This document shows, in pieces, positions 48,192 through 56,782 of a stretch of 64,000 nucleotides of DNA; the first letter of the stretch is position 1; each line of letters begins with the position of its first letter. The notes below the pieces were generated by a model. The model saw only the letters and a program-made list of their open reading frames with translations. It had not been told where the DNA came from and made no database searches. The position numbers were made by a program, and so were the translations under genes. Origin of the DNA: Vicinamibacteria bacterium (GTDB lineage: Bacteria; Acidobacteriota; Vicinamibacteria; Marinacidobacterales; Marinacidobacteraceae); contig OY821641.1 in assembly GCA_963555995.3 (NCBI GenBank), positions 3,264,001-3,328,000 on the forward strand, read 5' to 3'.

Positions 48192-49100
48192 ATGGCCGAA
48201 CGGGAGCGCCGGGACGAACCGGAGAACCTCGCCCGGGTGCGCGGCAGCCGGACCGCCGAGATCACGGCCGCCACCCGCGCCGGACACTTCGCGCACGGGG
48301 AGCCGCCGCTGGTCGTCGAGGACCCCTACGCGATCCACCTCGCCGGGGACCGCTGGCGGCGGATCATCGGCTCGCGTTTCCGCCACTGGCTGGTCACCCG
48401 CGTCCTGCTGCGGAAGCTCATGGGGAACGCCACCTACGTTCTCATCCGCGCCCGGTTCACCGACGACCGGGTCCTGGCGGCGGCGGAACGCGGGATGCGG
48501 CAACTGGTCATCCTGGGCGCCGGGTTCGACACCTTCGCGCTCCGGTATCCGGACCTGGGGGTCGAGGTGTTTGAAGTGGACCTGCCGGCGAGCGGCGCCC
48601 TGAAGCGGGAGAGGATGGCCGCCGCCGACCTCCCCGTTCCGCCGCACCTGCATTTCGTGAACGTGGATTTCGAGCGGGACGACCTCGGCGAACGACTCGG
48701 CGCCGCGGGCTTCCGCCCCGCCGAACCGGCGTTCTTCGCGTGGATGGGAGTGACCTTCTACCTCGTCCGCGAGGCCGTGCCGGCCACGCTGGCCCAGGTC
48801 CAGGCGCTCGCCGCCCCCGGCTCGGAGCTGGCGTTCGACTACATGAACCCGCGGGAGTCCGTTGCGGCCGGGGACCTCGCGGCCTTCGACGAGATGCTCC
48901 GCTTCGTCCGGAAACACGGGGAGCCGATGATCACGAGCTTCGATCCCGCGACCGTCACGGAGGACCTGGGGCTGGACGACGGCTGGGAAGTACTGGAACA
49001 CGAGTCCCCCGCCGAGAATCCGGAACGCATCCTGGGAGACCGCACCGACCTGCACCGCGCACCACCCCTCTTCCGCCTGCTGCACGTGCGAAAACGGTGA
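48192..49100 (+). CDS. SAM-dependent methyltransferase (LCM family), copy 1
   Basis: EDPYA, RARFTDD, QLVILGAGFDTFA, FEVDLP, WMGVTFYL, FDY. Confidence 0.88.
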   Translation: MAERERRDEPENLARVRGSRTAEITAATRAGHFAHGEPPLVVEDPYAIHLAGDRWRRIIGSRFRHWLVTRVLLRKLMGNATYVLIRARFTDDRVLAAAERGMRQLVILGAGFDTFALRYPDLGVEVFEVDLPASGALKRERMAAADLPVPPHLHFVNVDFERDDLGERLGAAGFRPAEPAFFAWMGVTFYLVREAVPATLAQVQALAAPGSELAFDYMNPRESVAAGDLAAFDEMLRFVRKHGEPMITSFDPATVTEDLGLDDGWEVLEHESPAENPERILGDRTDLHRAPPLFRLLHVRKR

Positions 49101-49219
49101 GCAACCATTGCGGGTCGGCCGAACGTGTACTGCGAACGCCGGGGCGATAGCACCGCGCCGGAGCCGGTTCCGGGCCGTCACCCCGACGTCCGACAGGCCG
49201 TACCGGTAGGAGGCTGACC

Positions 49220-50128
49220 ATGGCTCGATCGGGACGCCGGAGCCGATCCCGGAACCTCGCGAGCGAAAGCGGCAGCGCTACCGCCGATTGGGTGGCGGCG
49301 GTGCGGGCGCTCCATTTCGTCGCGGGAGACAGGCCCCTCATCGTCGAGGATCCCTATGCGGTCCACCTCATCTCCAGGCCGGCGCGGCGGATCGTCTCCT
49401 CCAGGGTCCTCCGTTGGCTGTTTTCCCGCATCCTCCTGCGCAAACTCGCGCCGGGCGTGGCTTTCCTGCTCGTCCGGGCGCGGTTCACGGACGATCGGGT
49501 GGTAGCGGCCGCGGAGCGGGGCGTGCGGCAACTCGTGATTCTGGGTGCGGGGCTGGACACGTTCGCCCTCCGGTACCCGGAACTGGGGATCGAGGTGTTC
49601 GAAGCGGACCTGCCGGCGAGCGGCGTTCTGAAACGAAGAGCCCTGGCGGACGCGGGCCTCGGGATTCCCGATCACCTCCACTTCGTCAGCGTGGACTTCG
49701 AGCGCGACGATCTGCAGCAGCGGCTGGTCGCCGCAGGTTTCGCCCCACAGGAACCCGCCTTCTTCACCTGGATGGGGGTCACCTATTACCTGACACGGGA
49801 GGCGGTGCGCGGCACCCTCGCCAAGCTCGGCGAACTGGCGGCCCCCGGGTCGGAACTGACGCTCGATTACATGAACACGCGGGAATCCCTGCGCGAGGAA
49901 GATCTTTCGCTCTTCGACGCCAATCTTCGCTTCGTGGGCAGGGTCGGCGAGCCGATGCAGACCTTCTACCTGGCGGAGACCGTGACGGGGGACACCGGAC
50001 TCGAGAACGAATGGAAGGTGCTGGCGCACGAGTATCCGGCTGCTCAGCGGGAGCGCTACTTGGGGGATCGCACCGATCTGGATCAGATGTCGCCGCTCTT
50101 CCGACTGTTGCATGTGCGCCGGAAGTAG
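49220..50128 (+). CDS. SAM-dependent methyltransferase (LCM family), copy 2
   Basis: Same motifs (QLVILGAGLDTFA, WMGVTYYL); close paralog of copy 1. Confidence 0.88.
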   Translation: MARSGRRSRSRNLASESGSATADWVAAVRALHFVAGDRPLIVEDPYAVHLISRPARRIVSSRVLRWLFSRILLRKLAPGVAFLLVRARFTDDRVVAAAERGVRQLVILGAGLDTFALRYPELGIEVFEADLPASGVLKRRALADAGLGIPDHLHFVSVDFERDDLQQRLVAAGFAPQEPAFFTWMGVTYYLTREAVRGTLAKLGELAAPGSELTLDYMNTRESLREEDLSLFDANLRFVGRVGEPMQTFYLAETVTGDTGLENEWKVLAHEYPAAQRERYLGDRTDLDQMSPLFRLLHVRRK

Positions 50129-50223
50129 CCGAACGCAAGCCGGGACGCGCGGAGGATGCGCCAACCCGCGCCCGACCACAGGAACCGATTCACGCTCATG
50201 GCCCCATCCGGAAACCGCTCGAC

Positions 50224-50298
50224 GGGGTGGATGAGGGGACTCGAACCCCCAACCACCGGAACCACAATCCGGTGCTCTGCCGTTGAGCTACATCCACC
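50224..50298 (-). tRNA. tRNA-His (GTG)
   Basis: G-1 plus GTGGATGTAGCTCAA...CCGGATT-GTG-GTTCCGG...GGTTCGAGTCC. Confidence 0.93.
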
Positions 50299-50322
50299 AC
50301 CGTAGGGAAAGGCGGGCGACAC

Positions 50323-50399
50323 TGGCGCGCCAGGGAGGATTCGAACCCCCGACCCGCGGCTTAGAAGGCCGCCGCTCTGTCCAACTGAGCTACTGGCGC
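50323..50399 (-). tRNA. tRNA-Arg (TCT)
   Basis: GCGCCAGTAGCTCAG...GCGGCCT-TCT-AAGCCGC...GGTTCGAATCC...GCCA. Confidence 0.95.
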
Positions 50400-50451
50400 T
50401 CCCAAGCTTCGTGATCGGACCGGCCCCGAGCGACCGCCGAGCGACCGCTCG

Positions 50452-50525
50452 TCGGGGCGAGAGGATTTGAACCTCCGGCTTCCTGCTCCCAAAGCAGGCG
50501 CGCTGCCAGACTGCGCCACGCCCCG
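50452..50525 (-). tRNA. tRNA-Pro (TGG)
   Basis: CGGGGCGTGGCGCAG...CCTGCTT-TGG-GAGCAGG...GGTTCAAATCC; CCA not encoded. Confidence 0.95.
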
Positions 50526-50530
50526 AGAAA

Positions 50531-51181
50531 CTAGTTGATTATAGGTTCTGGCGATCCGAGCGCAGCCTGCAGGAACCGCCGCACCGCCCGCAGCGCCCGG
50601 CCGCGATGGCTGATCCTCTCCTTTTCCGCGAGGGTCAGTTCAGCCATCGTCCTGCCGAACTCCGGCACGAGGAACACCGGGTCATAGCCGAAACCCCCGC
50701 TTCCCCGCGGAGCGTCGGCGATGCGTCCTTCCACCGTGCCCGTGGATCGGAAGACGATCCGGCCGGCGACCGCGATCGCAACCGCCGACCGGTATCGCGC
50801 TGCCCGTCCCTTGACCGGGTTCCGGTTCACGATTTCCAGCAGCCGCCGGTTTTTCTCCGCGTAGGGAGTGTCGCGCCCCAGCCAGCGCGCGGAACGGACC
50901 CCGGGAGCGCCGTCGAGGGCGTCCACCTCGAGGCCCGAGTCCTCGGCCAGCGCCGAAACCCCGGTAGCGGCCTGGTAGTGGAGCGCCTTGATGCCGGCGT
51001 TCGCCAGGAATCCCTCTCCCGTCTCTTCGGGCTCCTCGGACGCGGATCCCGGAAGATCGTCCAGACCGAGCCATCGGAGTCCCGTCGAGGCCAGGGCGGC
51101 CCGCATCTCCCGGACCTTCCCGGCATTCCCGGTAGCGAGCAGGATCCGCGGCGAGCGCAGCGGCGGTGGACCCGCTGCCAT
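50531..51181 (-). CDS. rdgB: Non-canonical purine NTP pyrophosphatase
   Basis: ATGNAGKVRE, EDSGLEVDALDGAPGVRSAR, GFGYDPVF, SHRGRA. Confidence 0.95.
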   Translation of the reverse strand: MAAGPPPLRSPRILLATGNAGKVREMRAALASTGLRWLGLDDLPGSASEEPEETGEGFLANAGIKALHYQAATGVSALAEDSGLEVDALDGAPGVRSARWLGRDTPYAEKNRRLLEIVNRNPVKGRAARYRSAVAIAVAGRIVFRSTGTVEGRIADAPRGSGGFGYDPVFLVPEFGRTMAELTLAEKERISHRGRALRAVRRFLQAALGSPEPIIN

Positions 51182-51186
51182 GAGGA

Positions 51187-51921
51187 TCAGCGTCCTTCCG
51201 GCAAGGGGATCCCGGCCAGCACCGCACGCTGCCGCGCGGCCAGGGTGGCGATGCCCCCGAGCGCCGCGTCGAGGAGGTCGTCCAGAACCTCGCGCCGGAA
51301 CGGCGCCCCCTCGGCGGCGCCCTGGACTTCGATCAGGTCGCCCGCCGCGGTCGCCACCACTGTCAGGTCCACGGACGCCCGCGAGTCCTCGGCGTAGTCC
51401 AGGTCGAGGAGAGTCTCTCCATCCACGATTCCGACGCTTACCGCCGCAACCTGGCGGCGCAGCGGGTTCTCCGGCAGCTCGCCACGCCGGGAGAGCTGGT
51501 GAAACGCCAGGGCCAGCGCCACGAAGGCGCCGGTGATGGAAGCGGTCCGCGTGCCGCCGTCGGCCTCGATGACGTCGCAGTCCACCCGCACGGTCCTTTC
51601 GCCCAACCGGGAGAGGTCCACGGCGGCCCGCAGCGAACGGCCGATGAGCCGCTGGATCTCCGCCGTCCGTCCGGGGACTCCACCCCGGTCGCGGCGGATT
51701 CGTTCTCCCGAAGAGAGAGGCAGCATGCCGTACTCGGCGGTCAGCCAGCCGCGGCCCCGGCCGCGGAGCCACCCGGGCACCCCCTCCTCGATGCTGACCG
51801 CCGCGAGCACGCGCGTGTCGCCCTGGCGGACCAGCACCGAGGCGGGGGAACGGCGCAGGAAACCGGCCTCCAGCCCGCATTCCCGGATCTCCCGCGCGCC
51901 GCGGCCGCCGCGACGTTTCAC
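51187..51921 (-). CDS. rph: Ribonuclease PH
   Basis: GWLTAEYGMLP, EIQRLIGRSLRA, DCDVIEADGGTRTASITG. Confidence 0.95.
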   Translation of the reverse strand: MKRRGGRGAREIRECGLEAGFLRRSPASVLVRQGDTRVLAAVSIEEGVPGWLRGRGRGWLTAEYGMLPLSSGERIRRDRGGVPGRTAEIQRLIGRSLRAAVDLSRLGERTVRVDCDVIEADGGTRTASITGAFVALALAFHQLSRRGELPENPLRRQVAAVSVGIVDGETLLDLDYAEDSRASVDLTVVATAAGDLIEVQGAAEGAPFRREVLDDLLDAALGGIATLAARQRAVLAGIPLPEGR

Positions 51922-52616
51922 CGGCGCCCGCCTGTCTCGGCAACCAGGCGGTCGGGGGCCCGGGCGAATCCCGAACGAAGGTCGAGATGTCCGGCGAGAG
52001 TCTCGGTCTGTTGCCCCTCGACCAACAACCGCACCTCGGCGATGGCCGGGATGCTCTCCACCAGCGTGTGACTCAGGCTGTAAACGGTCAGCTCTTCCGC
52101 ATGGAGGCCCCCGGAGTGCCTCTCGAGCAGGTCCAGCGTGAAATTGATGACAGCCACCCCGCGACCGCTCACGAACACGTCCAGCACCCGCACCCCTTCG
52201 GGGAAGGTCCCGGATTCCGCCACAACCCGCTCGACCAGGGCCTCCGCGCGGACCCGGGTGTCGGCAAGGTCGGGGAGTTCCACCTCCCGGGCGTGCAGCA
52301 GGCCGTCCGCGCCGACCGTGAACAGCGTCGCGGCGGAAGCTGCCTCCCGCGCCCTGGCGGCGGACGCCTCCGAACTCGTCCGGCCCCCGGCGAAGGCAGC
52401 GGCATCCGCCAGCGACGCGGGTGAAGCCGCCGGATCTTCGGCGGGCGCACCGCCGCCGCAGGCTGCGATTCCTGCCGCCCCGACCACCGGCAGGAGCGAC
52501 GTCAGCAGCCTGTGGTGAAACCCATGTGAGCGCCGAGGCCCCCACCGGGAGAACTGGGCCGCGTGGGTTTTGCCACAGGCTGTCAACCGCCCTCCGCGGC
52601 CGAATCCGCGCGTCAC
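51918..52616 (-). CDS. GerMN-domain lipoprotein (in-frame MITE in the signal peptide)
   Basis: IAAC lipobox; FPEGVRVLDVF, EELTVYSLSHTL, ETLAGHLDL; amidase-GerMN-rph synteny. Confidence 0.8.
   Translation of the reverse strand: MTRGFGRGGRLTACGKTHAAQFSRWGPRRSHGFHHRLLTSLLPVVGAAGIAACGGGAPAEDPAASPASLADAAAFAGGRTSSEASAARAREAASAATLFTVGADGLLHAREVELPDLADTRVRAEALVERVVAESGTFPEGVRVLDVFVSGRGVAVINFTLDLLERHSGGLHAEELTVYSLSHTLVESIPAIAEVRLLVEGQQTETLAGHLDLRSGFARAPDRLVAETGGRR
52505..52582. mobile_element. Minimal MITE (~78 bp)
   Basis: TIRs CAGCCTGTGGTGAAACCC and GGGTTTTGCCACAGGCTG; TCA duplicated on both flanks. Confidence 0.85.
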
Positions 52617-54100
52617 CGGAGCCCTCCGGTCGCCCGGAAGCCGGCCAGCGACCGCTGATAACGGGCCACTCCGGCCGCGAGGGCGCGGGCCGCCCGGTCC
52701 GGAAACCCCGGATCCCGCAGGCGAGCGAGATCGCCGGTGGAGGTCACGAACCCGAGTTCCACCTGGACCGCCGCCATCTCGGCGCCGCGCAGCACCCGCA
52801 CCGGCGCATCCGCGGTCCCGCCCGACCGGATGTTCAGCGCCTCGAGTTCCGCCGCCAACGCCTCGGCCAGTGACCGCGACGCGGGGACGAGCGGCGCCTG
52901 CGCGCCGTTCCAGGGCACGAAGTGAACGGCGCCTTCACGCGAGGCGCGGTCCGAGGCCTGCGGGGTGAGGTGGTACACCCGGCTCCCGGAGGCGGCCGGA
53001 CTGGGAGAAGCGTTCAGGTGGATGCTGATCAGCAGGTCGGCGCGGGCCATGTTCGCGGCCGCCACCCGATCGTCGAGCGCTACTTCGCGGTCCTGCTCCC
53101 GCGTCAGCACGACCCGAAACCCGTGCTGTTGTTCCAGCACGTCCCGCAGCGCGAGGGCCACCGACAGCGCAACGTCCTTCTCCGTCACACCGCCCCGGCC
53201 CGCAGCGCCGCGATCCGTTCCTCCGTGACCCGGGTCAATGGCGATGGTCCGGATGTCGGTGGGTCCGACCGGATCCCACTGAACACGATTTTCGGGAGAC
53301 GGCGTCACCGCCAGGACGTCCGCTCCCGAGGCGGCGCGCACGCCGGCCCGGATCAGATCCAGGGTCAGCAGGCCCGGGCCGCGTTCCTCCCGGAGACGCC
53401 CGTAGTTCCGTCCGGTCGCGATCTCGAGGGCGTAGGTGCTGCCGCGCCGGATGAGCTCCACCTGTTCCACCACCCCATCACGCGGCGTCGCCCGGACGAA
53501 TGCGGTTTCGACGAACGAGGTCCGCAGCATGACGGAGATTCCACGCGGGTACTCCTCAATCTCCATCGGTACCGGCGGGTCGGTGCGCACGACAACCCGG
53601 GTCGTTCCCGGACGGCTGGAGACGTCCACCTCGAACCGCGGGTACTCCTCACCGCTCACCAGGGTGCGGGCCTCGTCGTCGTACCGGTTGCGACCCGGAA
53701 GCAGGTCGGGCAGCACGGTCGCGACGAAGCCGAGCGGCACGAACCACTCGCCGCCCCGTCGAACGCTCGGGGTCCGGAGCACCCTGGTCGTGTCGCCCAC
53801 CATCACGAAACTGCGCCCGGCATCGAAACGGACCGTGCGGTCCGGCAATCGCAGGAGGACCTGGCGCTCGTTCTCGCCCGGCCGCATCGTGCCGCCGACC
53901 GCGCGGGCAACTTCGGCAAGGCGCACCATTTCGACGCCGCCGAGGCGCCGCACCGCGAGCGTGGACGTCTCCCCGTGATGAATGATCCAGAGTTCCCGGG
54001 GCCGCTGCGCAGCCGAAGCGGTGGACGGGAACGCCGGGACGACGGCCAGGCATCCCACCCCGAGCAGGAAAGACAGGAGGCCGGAGGCGCCGCGACGCAT
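52613..54100 (-). CDS. N-acetylmuramoyl-L-alanine amidase (Amidase_3)
   Basis: IDPGHGG, EKDVAL, LTRE, ISIHLNA, VELGFV; signal peptide. Confidence 0.9.
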   Translation of the reverse strand: MRRGASGLLSFLLGVGCLAVVPAFPSTASAAQRPRELWIIHHGETSTLAVRRLGGVEMVRLAEVARAVGGTMRPGENERQVLLRLPDRTVRFDAGRSFVMVGDTTRVLRTPSVRRGGEWFVPLGFVATVLPDLLPGRNRYDDEARTLVSGEEYPRFEVDVSSRPGTTRVVVRTDPPVPMEIEEYPRGISVMLRTSFVETAFVRATPRDGVVEQVELIRRGSTYALEIATGRNYGRLREERGPGLLTLDLIRAGVRAASGADVLAVTPSPENRVQWDPVGPTDIRTIAIDPGHGGTDRGAAGRGGVTEKDVALSVALALRDVLEQQHGFRVVLTREQDREVALDDRVAAANMARADLLISIHLNASPSPAASGSRVYHLTPQASDRASREGAVHFVPWNGAQAPLVPASRSLAEALAAELEALNIRSGGTADAPVRVLRGAEMAAVQVELGFVTSTGDLARLRDPGFPDRAARALAAGVARYQRSLAGFRATGGLR

Positions 54101-54231
54101 GAAAGGCTGCCGGAAAATCAGGAATGGACAGAATAGCGTTTCGAGGCTGGCAGCCTGTGGATGAAGTGACGTGAGCGCGCTCCCGGCGGGCGGACCGGTC
54201 GTGCGCCGGTCGCCCCCCCGGCGGGACGTAA

Positions 54232-54589
54232 CGGCCTGTGGCAAAACCCACGCGGTCCAGTTGCTGTGAAAATGCAGCCTGGGCGAAAGGCAGACGAGCG
54301 AAGTTGCGCCGCCGGCTGGGAGCGCCGGTCTTCATTCAGACCGGCACGCGCTGCGCGACAGCGCAGCGCACGGCACCACGCTGCCCTGCACGATGGCGGT
54401 CGACTCTTGTTCCATCACGGCAAAGAGCGCTACGACGTCCGCGGGCCTTCGGCCCGGCGTGCCGCTCTGAAGAGCGGCGCTCCCAGCGTTTCCGCCGTCT
54501 TCATGCCTGGCGGGGTGTGCGGGAGGACCGCACATGACGGTTTCTCCCGGTGGGGGCCTCGGAGCTCACGGGGGTTTCACCACGGGCGT
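54232..54589. mobile_element. MITE of the 52505 family carrying a ~280-bp REPIN cargo
   Basis: Both halves of the reverse-complemented 52505 element flank 54263-54543, which holds inverted REPs at ~54319 and ~54459. Confidence 0.8.
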
Positions 54590-54621
54590 TTACACCCGTT
54601 GCCGTAGAATCCGCCGCCCCT

Positions 54622-55956
54622 ATGGCAAGAACGGGATTTGCGGTCCAGCCCGCGGACGGTGGCCTCGTGGTGTTGCTCCCCGGTCTGGGGGCGGTCAGCA
54701 CCACCTTCATCGCGGGAATCCACGCGATCCGCAAGGGACTCGCGGCGCCCATCGGCTCGGTCACCCAGATGGGAACGATCCGGTTGGGCAAACGCACCGA
54801 GGGCCGAACCCCCCTGATTCGCGACTTCGTTCCCATCGTTCCCATCGGGGACCTCTCCTTCGCCGGCTGGGACGTGTTCGAGGACGACGCCTACACGGCA
54901 GCGCAGAAGGCGGGCGTGCTGGAACCGGCGCTGCTGGACGCGGTCCGGGAGGAGCTGGCGGCGATCCGTCCGATGCCCGCGGTCTTCGACCGCGACTACG
55001 TGAAGAAGCTCGACGGTTCGTTCGTGAAGGCGGGCGCCACCAAGATGGACCTTGCCGAACAGCTCATCGAGGACATCGAAGGAGCCCGGGAGACGTCGGG
55101 CGCTGCCCGGGCGGTGATGATCTGGTGCGGCTCCACCGAGACCTTCCTGAAGGAGACCCCGGTGCACCGGGATCTCGAGAGCTTCGAGCGCGGGCTCCGG
55201 GAGAACTCGCCGGACATCGCGCCCAGCATGATCTACGCCTACGCCGCCCTGCGCTGCGGCGTCCCGTACGCCAACGGCGCCCCGAACCTGAGCGCGGACA
55301 TTCCGGCGCTCCTGGAACTAGCGTCCACCGAGGGTGTTCCGGTCGGCGGCAAGGACTTCAAGACCGGGCAGACGCTGATGAAGACGATCCTGGCGCCGGG
55401 GCTGAAGGCGAGGATGCTGGGGCTCCGCGGCTGGTTCTCGACGAACATCCTCGGCAACCGGGACGGGGAAGTGCTCGACGACCCCGGCTCGTTCCGCACC
55501 AAGGAAGAGAGCAAGCTGAGCGTGCTGGAGTACATCCTCCAGCCGGACATGTATCCCGACCTCTACCGCGATCTCTACCACAAGGTGCGGATCAACTATT
55601 ACCCACCCCGCCGCGACAACAAGGAGGGCTGGGACAACATAGACATCTTCGGCTGGCTCGGCTACGAGATGCAGATCAAGGTGGATTTCCTCTGCCGGGA
55701 TTCCATCCTCGCCGCCCCGCTGGTGCTCGACCTCGCCCTCTTCCTCGACCTGGCCTCCCGCGCCGGCCTCCGGGGCATCCAGGAGTGGCTGTCGTTCTTC
55801 TTCAAGAGCCCGATGAGCCCGCCGGGGGTGTACCCCGAACACGACCTGTTCATCCAGCGGAAGAAGCTGACGAACACCCTCCGCTACCTGATGGGAGAAG
55901 AGGTCATCAGCCACCTCGGGGAATACACTCTCGAAACGAGGGAGACGTCCGACTGA
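54622..55956 (+). CDS. ino1: myo-inositol-1-phosphate synthase
   Basis: GLGAVSTT, GKDFKTGQTLMK, NILGNRDG, DNKEGWD, CRDSILAAP, SFFFKSP. Confidence 0.95.
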   Translation: MARTGFAVQPADGGLVVLLPGLGAVSTTFIAGIHAIRKGLAAPIGSVTQMGTIRLGKRTEGRTPLIRDFVPIVPIGDLSFAGWDVFEDDAYTAAQKAGVLEPALLDAVREELAAIRPMPAVFDRDYVKKLDGSFVKAGATKMDLAEQLIEDIEGARETSGAARAVMIWCGSTETFLKETPVHRDLESFERGLRENSPDIAPSMIYAYAALRCGVPYANGAPNLSADIPALLELASTEGVPVGGKDFKTGQTLMKTILAPGLKARMLGLRGWFSTNILGNRDGEVLDDPGSFRTKEESKLSVLEYILQPDMYPDLYRDLYHKVRINYYPPRRDNKEGWDNIDIFGWLGYEMQIKVDFLCRDSILAAPLVLDLALFLDLASRAGLRGIQEWLSFFFKSPMSPPGVYPEHDLFIQRKKLTNTLRYLMGEEVISHLGEYTLETRETSD

Positions 55957-55959
55957 TCC

Positions 55960-56760
55960 ATGCGGATCTCGAAGAGCCGCTGCGTCGGCTGCGGGAACTG
56001 CGTGGCGGTCTGCCCGGTCTCGGCGATCAGCATCGGCGACGACGGGCGCGCGGTGGTGAACAGCGACCAGTGCGTCGAGTGCTTCACCTGCTACCGGGGG
56101 CTCAGCACGGAGCGGCTGAACCCCACCCTGATCCGCACGATCCGGAAGGTGCTCGGCTGGTTCCGGCTCCGTTTCGACCCGGCGCCGGACATCTGCCCCA
56201 CCTCGGCCATCGAACCGGAGGAACTCACCTGGCCGCGCGTGGTGCGGCGCGCCTTCAGCGATCCGCTGGTGTCGCACGAGGCCACCGGGGTCCACGGACG
56301 CGGGACCGAGGAAGTCAAGACGAATGACGTGACCGGCAGGGTGTCGGTCGGCGAGTGCGGGATGACGGTGGAGTTCGGCCGGCCGGGGGTGACCGCGAGC
56401 TTCGCCGACATGGACCGGGTCACCCGGCGGCTGGCCGCGCTCGGCGTGCACTTCGAGAAGAAGAACCCGGTCACGAACCTGATGAGCGACGTGGCCACCG
56501 GCGCGATCCGGGAGGATCTGCTCGGGGAGCGGGTGCTCTCCGCGATCGTGGAGATCAAGGTCGGGATGGAGCAGGTGCCCGCGGTGATGCGGGAAGTGGA
56601 AGCCGCCGCCGCCGAATCGGAAACGATCATTTCGGTGGGAGCCGCCACCCGCTGCGACCCGCAAGGCGAGGACGAACTCGGAGCTCTGCTGCGCGAGCGC
56701 GGCTACACCGCCTTCCGGGGCAAGACGAACCTCGGGCTCGGCCGCCGGCCGAGCGCGTAG
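55960..56760 (+). CDS. 4Fe-4S dicluster protein with an uncharacterised C-terminal domain
   Basis: CVGCGNCVAVCP and CVECFTC...ICP; GRGTEEVKTNDVTGR, EFGRPG. Confidence 0.8.
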   Translation: MRISKSRCVGCGNCVAVCPVSAISIGDDGRAVVNSDQCVECFTCYRGLSTERLNPTLIRTIRKVLGWFRLRFDPAPDICPTSAIEPEELTWPRVVRRAFSDPLVSHEATGVHGRGTEEVKTNDVTGRVSVGECGMTVEFGRPGVTASFADMDRVTRRLAALGVHFEKKNPVTNLMSDVATGAIREDLLGERVLSAIVEIKVGMEQVPAVMREVEAAAAESETIISVGAATRCDPQGEDELGALLRERGYTAFRGKTNLGLGRRPSA

Positions 56761-56782
56761 CCCGCCGGCCGCGCCCGTCCGC

